Shown here: positions 58,872 to 64,000 of the stretch, one piece after another
How positions within the stretch are numbered: position 1 is the first letter of the stretch
How the letters are laid out: each line of letters starts with the position of its first letter
From: Acidobacteriota bacterium
GTDB taxonomy: Bacteria > Acidobacteriota > CAIWXX01
Length of the DNA stretch: 64,000 nucleotides
Reading direction: 5' to 3'
Assembly: GCA_040755995.1 (NCBI GenBank)
Contig: JBFMAF010000051.1
Coordinates: forward strand, 1 to 64,000
Position numbers and translations under genes: made by a program
The notes under the pieces: model-generated
Database searches by the model: none
The model's input: only the letters and a program-made list of their open reading frames with translations
Told to the model about the DNA's origin: nothing

Positions 58872-59687
58872 TCAGGCGCACCAGCATCCGGCGGCCGGGA
58901 TGCGGATCGAGAGGCAGGTCAGCGCGCCGTCGGCTTTGTGGAACTCGGACACGTCGACCGCCAGTGTGCCGAGCCCCAGTCCACGCGAGATCATGTCGGA
59001 TGTTGCAGGGTGGCTGGCCGAGACGAGCACGGTCTGTCCGAGCGTCAGTACGTTGGCACCCTGAGGATCCGGCACGATGCGGCATCCGAGCCCGCGCGCG
59101 AGGAAAGGTGCAGGGTCCAGCACGCGTGTGTGGAGCAGCAGGCGGGGTCCGGCCAGGGTGCAGAGAGACTTCAAGTGCAGCGCGCCCTCGACGGGAATCG
59201 TCACCGTCTGGGTCCCTTCCATCTCGGCAATGCGCGCCAGGAACTCGGCGCCCTGCGAATTGGTGCGCGCAGAGATCCCAACGAACAGAGTGCGGCCTGC
59301 GCAAAGAACGTCACCGCCGTCGAGCGTGGCCGGCTCCTGCATTCGATGAATCTCACACCATCGCTCCAAGACCCTCGCCACCGGCACGACCTCCGGCCGC
59401 CGCGACGCCGCGCCGGGCCGCGTGATCACGGCGGCCTTTCCCAGCACGACAGCCGTGTCCTCGATGAAGCAGCAGTCCGGACACGCGTCGTCAGCAGGCA
59501 GCTCATGCACCTCGATTCCGAGACTCCTGACCGCGCGCACGTAGCCCGCGTGCTGATCCCGTGCCCGGTCGACGTCTATCGGCAGAGCCTCGTGTGGTCC
59601 CTCCCGCAGGCACCGCTGCATGGTGCTCGCAACGCCGCGCACCAGGACCGCCGCGGGGAGCGCCGGTCCGGATAGATCTGGCAGCAC
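58872..59687 (-). CDS. Dimethylarginine dimethylaminohydrolase (amidinotransferase family); start uncertain
   Basis: QHAGY, PDCCFIEDTAV, SRRPE, LDGGDV, RTN, LHLKS, SEFHKADGALTCLS. Confidence 0.9.
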   Translation of the reverse strand: MLPDLSGPALPAAVLVRGVASTMQRCLREGPHEALPIDVDRARDQHAGYVRAVRSLGIEVHELPADDACPDCCFIEDTAVVLGKAAVITRPGAASRRPEVVPVARVLERWCEIHRMQEPATLDGGDVLCAGRTLFVGISARTNSQGAEFLARIAEMEGTQTVTIPVEGALHLKSLCTLAGPRLLLHTRVLDPAPFLARGLGCRIVPDPQGANVLTLGQTVLVSASHPATSDMISRGLGLGTLAVDVSEFHKADGALTCLSIRIPAAGCWCA

Positions 59688-59811
59688 GTCCCCATCATAT
59701 TCTGAGGCCGGGTCGGTCGCAACCTTGACTGAGCGGCGGCGCGGCGGCGCCCCGGGGAGGAATACCTTGACGCGTTCAGGAACCACACGGCGGGGTTGTG
59801 GCACGCCTGGC

Positions 59812-59910
59812 TCAGAGGAGGTCGGAGATCTTCCTGACAGGGGAGAAGAACCCTTCACGAAGCATTACGGCAAGCAACTCACCCGCCTCCGCCGAGCTGA
59901 TCTGGGATGC
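59812..59910 (-). pseudogene. C-terminal remnant resembling a DUF3368/PIN-type protein
   Basis: ISSAEAGELLAVMLREGFFSPVRKISDLL*. Confidence 0.4.
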
Positions 59911-60224
59911 GGTCCGGGATTTCCGCGGAATCGGATCGTGAGGTGCTGTCATGAGCGATCATCCGCGCATTCTCGGGAGTGAAGTTTGAGATTCCGAAGT
60001 GTGTCCATCGATCGATAGAGGCGCTACAACTTACAACCGCGTATACTTTGAGCGGGAGTGCAAGACGATGAGAGTGCCCATAGCTGGCCGCCCGGCCAGC
60101 ATGGCGATGCGCGTCCGGGCCGGCAGGTCTGCATCGCCGGGAGTGATTTCGATCACACGCGTTTCGCCCGATACGCGCTACATTTCTGGTATCGGATTCG
60201 ATAATCAGGCGGGAGGGGGCAATC

Positions 60225-61913
60225 ATGAATCATAGGGTCTCATACGTAGCCGGGCTGATGCTCGTGTGGGCGGTTCTGACCGCGTCGAACACGGAAGCCG
60301 TTACGGTGAGCACGACGGCGCAGCTTGCTGCGGCCATCGAGAACGCCAATGCAGGAGGTGACAAGACGATACTCCTGCAGAACGGCACATATACGCTGGA
60401 CAACATGCTCTGGGTCTCTGCTCACGGCGTTACCGTGCGAAGCGTTTCGGGGAATCGCGATGCGGTTGTGATCCAGGGGCACGGGATGTACGGCGGCGTT
60501 AGCCACGTGTTCAACGTGCAGGGAGACAACTTCTCGGTGAGCGACGTGACGCTGCGAGGCGTCGCGAATCACGCCGTGCAGTTACAGCCGGAAGCGGACT
60601 CGCCAGTCCTCAGGAATCTCTACATACTCGACGCATACGAACAGATGGTGAAGATCCCGTACTACCCCGACAACCTGAGCGTGAGCACGGACAACGGGAT
60701 CATGGAGGGCTGCCTGCTCGAGTACAGCGCCGGGATCGGGCCGCAATACTACATCGGCGGCATCGATGCGCACAACGCCAGGAACTGGATCGTGCGCGAC
60801 AACGTGTTCAAGGGGATCCGCAGCCCGTCAGACGACGTGGCCGAGCACGCCATTCACTTCTGGTCGGGCTCGCAGGGGACGCTCGTCGAACGGAACCTCA
60901 TCATCAACTGTGACCGAGGCATCGGATTCGGGCTGGGAGACCGCGGGCACATCGGCGGAATCATCCGCAACAACATGATCTATCACGACTCCTCCGAAGG
61001 TTTCGCGGACGTCGGGATCGGGATCGAGTCAGCCGTCAACACGCAAGTGTACAACAACACGGTCTACATGCAGAACAGCTATCCCAACGCCATCGAGTAC
61101 CGCTTCGCCGCGACCACGGGCGCGTACATAGCGAATAACCTCACGAACCGCGCAATCGCGCGGCGCGACGGGGCCTCCGGGACCGCCACCAGTAACGTCA
61201 CGACGGCAGTCGCCGGATACTTCGTCAACGCCTCCGCCGGGGATCTCCACCTGGCGTCCGCGGTCGGCGGTGTCGCCGATGCCGGCATTGCAATCGCGGG
61301 CCTCACGAACGACTTCGACGGGCACGCGCGCCCCTACGGCGCGGGTATCGACATCGGCGCCGATGAGTACGGCACTTCGCCGAGCTGCGTCGCACCGTCT
61401 ATCTCGGTCCATCCCCAGGACCAGGCCATCTCGAGCGGGCAGACGGCGACGTTGAGCGTGGTGGCGAACGGTACGGCGCCGCTGAACTACCAATGGTATG
61501 AAGGGTCTTCCGGCGACACCAGCACGCCGGTGGGCGCCGACTCGAGCACGTTCACGACGCCAGCGCTGACCTCTTCGACCAGCTACTGGGTATTCGTCAG
61601 CAACGCGTGCGGCAATGCCTCGAGCCTCGCCGCCCTGCTCTCGATTGGATCAGCCACGGCCCCACATATCAGCCGCATCCGAAGCAGAACGGGGAAGCCG
61701 GGCAGCACAGCCACTATCTCCGGGACGGGCTTCTCACCGACAGCGGCCAAGAACAAGGTCTACTTCGGCACTGCCTCGGCCCGGCTCACACGCGCGAGCG
61801 CGACGAGTCTGAAGGTGAGGATCCCGGCGAAGCTGAAGAAGGGGTCCACGGTCGGCGTCTACGTCTCCGTAGACGGGATCAATAGCAATACTGTCTCATT
61901 CCGCGTCCGGTAG
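60225..61913 (+). CDS. Secreted right-handed beta-helix protein with Ig-like and IPT/TIG domains
   Basis: Signal peptide, ILLQNGTY, IRNNMIY/VYNNTVY repeats, DFDG.ARP...DIGADE, PLNYQWY, TISGTGF...VYFG. Confidence 0.85.
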   Translation: MNHRVSYVAGLMLVWAVLTASNTEAVTVSTTAQLAAAIENANAGGDKTILLQNGTYTLDNMLWVSAHGVTVRSVSGNRDAVVIQGHGMYGGVSHVFNVQGDNFSVSDVTLRGVANHAVQLQPEADSPVLRNLYILDAYEQMVKIPYYPDNLSVSTDNGIMEGCLLEYSAGIGPQYYIGGIDAHNARNWIVRDNVFKGIRSPSDDVAEHAIHFWSGSQGTLVERNLIINCDRGIGFGLGDRGHIGGIIRNNMIYHDSSEGFADVGIGIESAVNTQVYNNTVYMQNSYPNAIEYRFAATTGAYIANNLTNRAIARRDGASGTATSNVTTAVAGYFVNASAGDLHLASAVGGVADAGIAIAGLTNDFDGHARPYGAGIDIGADEYGTSPSCVAPSISVHPQDQAISSGQTATLSVVANGTAPLNYQWYEGSSGDTSTPVGADSSTFTTPALTSSTSYWVFVSNACGNASSLAALLSIGSATAPHISRIRSRTGKPGSTATISGTGFSPTAAKNKVYFGTASARLTRASATSLKVRIPAKLKKGSTVGVYVSVDGINSNTVSFRVR

Positions 61914-61939
61914 CGGCTCCGCTCCCCAATGGAACCCCG

Positions 61940-62440
61940 ATGACACCAATCGTATTGTGCCTGGGACTTGCGGCCAGCTTGGCTGTGGAAGGCGATCAGG
62001 TCCACCCCGTACGAGAGCTGATCGACCTGCAGGGTCGATCGATAGTGCATTACGAGATTGGCAACTACGAGGGTCCAGGCTGCTACCTGGACTGCTACAC
62101 CGTGTCCCGCCCTGACCTCCAGAGGCAACCCGAGTGGAATGGATCGGGCCCGGTGCCAATGCCGGTCGAGGCATTGATTGCGAAGGCCAGCGCTGCCGCG
62201 AAGGCGACCAGGGGCCCTCTGGAGTTCCAGAGCTTTCGGATTGAGCCATGCCATGATGACCCGAAGAAGATGTATGCTGTGGTGACGTTTTCCGATGACC
62301 AGGCCACACACATGGACCTTTTCCAGAGAGAGATCTATCTTCTGCTCGACGGGACGCCTGTGGAAGCATCGCGGACAAGTATTACCGAGGCCCAGTTCCA
62401 TCGCATTTGGGAGCACGGACTGGCGGTGCGCGACTTCTGA
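61940..62440 (+). CDS. Hypothetical exported protein
   Basis: 166-aa ORF with signal-like N-terminus, same strand as the preceding gene. Confidence 0.55.
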   Translation: MTPIVLCLGLAASLAVEGDQVHPVRELIDLQGRSIVHYEIGNYEGPGCYLDCYTVSRPDLQRQPEWNGSGPVPMPVEALIAKASAAAKATRGPLEFQSFRIEPCHDDPKKMYAVVTFSDDQATHMDLFQREIYLLLDGTPVEASRTSITEAQFHRIWEHGLAVRDF

Positions 62441-62490
62441 GCGCCACGGCTTGCCTGTCCGCTCTGGCCGCGGGGCACGCCGCCGGGCGA

Positions 62491-62553
62491 TCAGTCAAGC
62501 ATGATGATGCCTCGTTGGAGCGCCGTGGTGACGGCCTGGGTTCGATCGCGCAG
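62491..62553 (-). pseudogene. C-terminal remnant of a NarL/LuxR response regulator
   Basis: LRDRTQAVTTALQRGIIMLD*. Confidence 0.65.
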
Positions 62554-62807
62554 TCACCTGTCAGGCAAGGGCGAACGCCGGGGCGGACCGGATCGAGATA
62601 CCCACTTGATGTGGACGCCGATCGAGACGTCGCCGAGGAGAGCGAGGGCAACGTGTTCTGGGCGCCTCTTCGTTGAGGAATGCTGGCGGGCGAGGTGCAG
62701 CTGTGCGCGGTGAGCAGTGGGGCAGCGCCTATATCCATCGATAGAGGCGGAGACTGCGATTTCAATCGATACTATGACCAGAGCGTAACGGGAAGAAGGA
62801 GGAAAAG

Positions 62808-64000
62808 ATGAGGACCACGCCGAATCAGACTGCCCGAGGAGGAAACAGGACATCGCGGGCTCTTGCTGCGGGGCTGCTGACGGGCACGCTGTTGCTCGTC
62901 GGGAGTGTATCCGCCTGGGCGGATGAGTTCGTAGACTCCGGGAATGCGAACATCGTCATGGCTCCTGCAGCCACCAGCTGCTCGGCAACGGTGCCGGCCG
63001 CCGGACAAACAGGGCAATCCATTACCTTCCTGGGCGACGCGACCTACACCTGCGACACGCCAGGCGCAATCGTAGAGTCCGACGACATCGTCGGGATCTT
63101 GCGCTGCATTTCAGGGGGAACCTTCGTTCAAGGATCGCCCACGACAGAGACCTGCCGGGACTCAGATGAGCCGCAGGTCACACACCGCCTGACCAGGCCG
63201 TTCGCGATGATGGAGAGAGAGGTCACGCGCTGGGCGTGGGCCACACTGTGGAGTCTTCAACGCACTTTGCCGGCGGATCCATCGGATACGGGCGTGAGCT
63301 CCGACTCTTACACTCCAGTGCAGCGGGTGACCTGGTATCAGGCCGTGCTCTTCGCCAATCTCCTTTCTGCCCAGAGAGGGTTCCGCCGCTGTTACTACAC
63401 CGACCAGGCATTCACTGTGCCCGTAGATGCCGGCAACTACACCGCTGGCACCGTCTACTGCGACTGGGATGCGAATGGGTTCCGTTTGCCCACCGAGGCC
63501 GAGTGGGAGTTTTCCGCGAGGGCCAACACAGGCGGGGCTTTCAGCTCGCCCGAGCCCAACTACAGCGGCAGCACGTGCGCTGACTGCACGCCGGACCCGG
63601 CCCTCACCCGCCTGAACAGCGTGGCCTGGTGGTGTGGCAACTCGGACGACGCCACGCACAACGCAGGCAGCCTCGCGCAGAACGGGTTCAATCTCTACGA
63701 CGTTCACGGGAACGTCAGGGAATGGTGTTGGGATATGTATGGACCCTATCCGTCCGGCATGCAGTTCGATTACCACGGACCCAGCTCGGGCACGAACCGC
63801 GTTGTACGAGGCGGCGGATGGTTCAGCTTCGCACGGCATTGTCGCTCCGCACGGCGGAGCTCCTGGCAACCGGCAGACTGGAACAACACCATTGGTTTCC
63901 GTCTGGTGAGATCGTTGAACGCTCTTTACACGTGGAACTTCGGCGATGGGTCACCGTTCTCAACGCAGAAGAACCCATCCCATGAATACGCGTCAGCTGG
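62808..64000 (+). CDS. Secreted FGE-sulfatase (SUMF1/CLec) + PKD domain protein, runs off the window; absent from the ORF track
   Basis: AGGAGG RBS, open frame: GGTFVQGSP..E, PVQRVTWYQA, FRLPTEAEWEFSARA, LYDVHGNVREWCWD, RVVRGGGW, IGFRLVR, YTWNFGDG...NPSHEY. Confidence 0.9.
   Translation, partial: MRTTPNQTARGGNRTSRALAAGLLTGTLLLVGSVSAWADEFVDSGNANIVMAPAATSCSATVPAAGQTGQSITFLGDATYTCDTPGAIVESDDIVGILRCISGGTFVQGSPTTETCRDSDEPQVTHRLTRPFAMMEREVTRWAWATLWSLQRTLPADPSDTGVSSDSYTPVQRVTWYQAVLFANLLSAQRGFRRCYYTDQAFTVPVDAGNYTAGTVYCDWDANGFRLPTEAEWEFSARANTGGAFSSPEPNYSGSTCADCTPDPALTRLNSVAWWCGNSDDATHNAGSLAQNGFNLYDVHGNVREWCWDMYGPYPSGMQFDYHGPSSGTNRVVRGGGWFSFARHCRSARRSSWQPADWNNTIGFRLVRSLNALYTWNFGDGSPFSTQKNPSHEYASA

Noticed and set aside
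63790..63915. Complete diversity-generating retroelement
   Set aside because: No AAC-rich template repeat, reverse transcriptase or Avd gene in the window

Overview
GC-rich bacterial chromosome segment, probably Acidobacteriota (inferred from the TIGR02999-type ECF sigma, the SpoIVB/S55 plus beta-propeller pair and the 6-bladed propeller). Core genes (trxBA, glgA, qor, pyrDK, a MacAB-like ABC exporter with Yip1, tRNA-Ala(CGC), tldDE, gmhA, galT, relA/spoT) alternate with decaying accessory patches. The left 5.6 kb is a broken Xer-like recombinase / RHS toxin-tip / primase-ATPase element interrupted by an IS1634. An 11-8-11 palindrome with two IHF-consensus sites lies exactly where RHS homology begins, suggesting recombinase-driven toxin-tip exchange. 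Other highlights: a 1400-aa RelE-like + UvrD + TPR (TRANK1-like) protein that may be a defence gene; two inserts each bracketed by a duplicated 3' end of a host gene (ECF sigma, qor); a 61-bp hairpin element repeated perfectly over stop codons; a split radical-SAM/SPASM-Wzt_C pair; and an FGE/CLec domain inserted into a PKD domain. All family calls come from motif recognition by eye; no searches were run.
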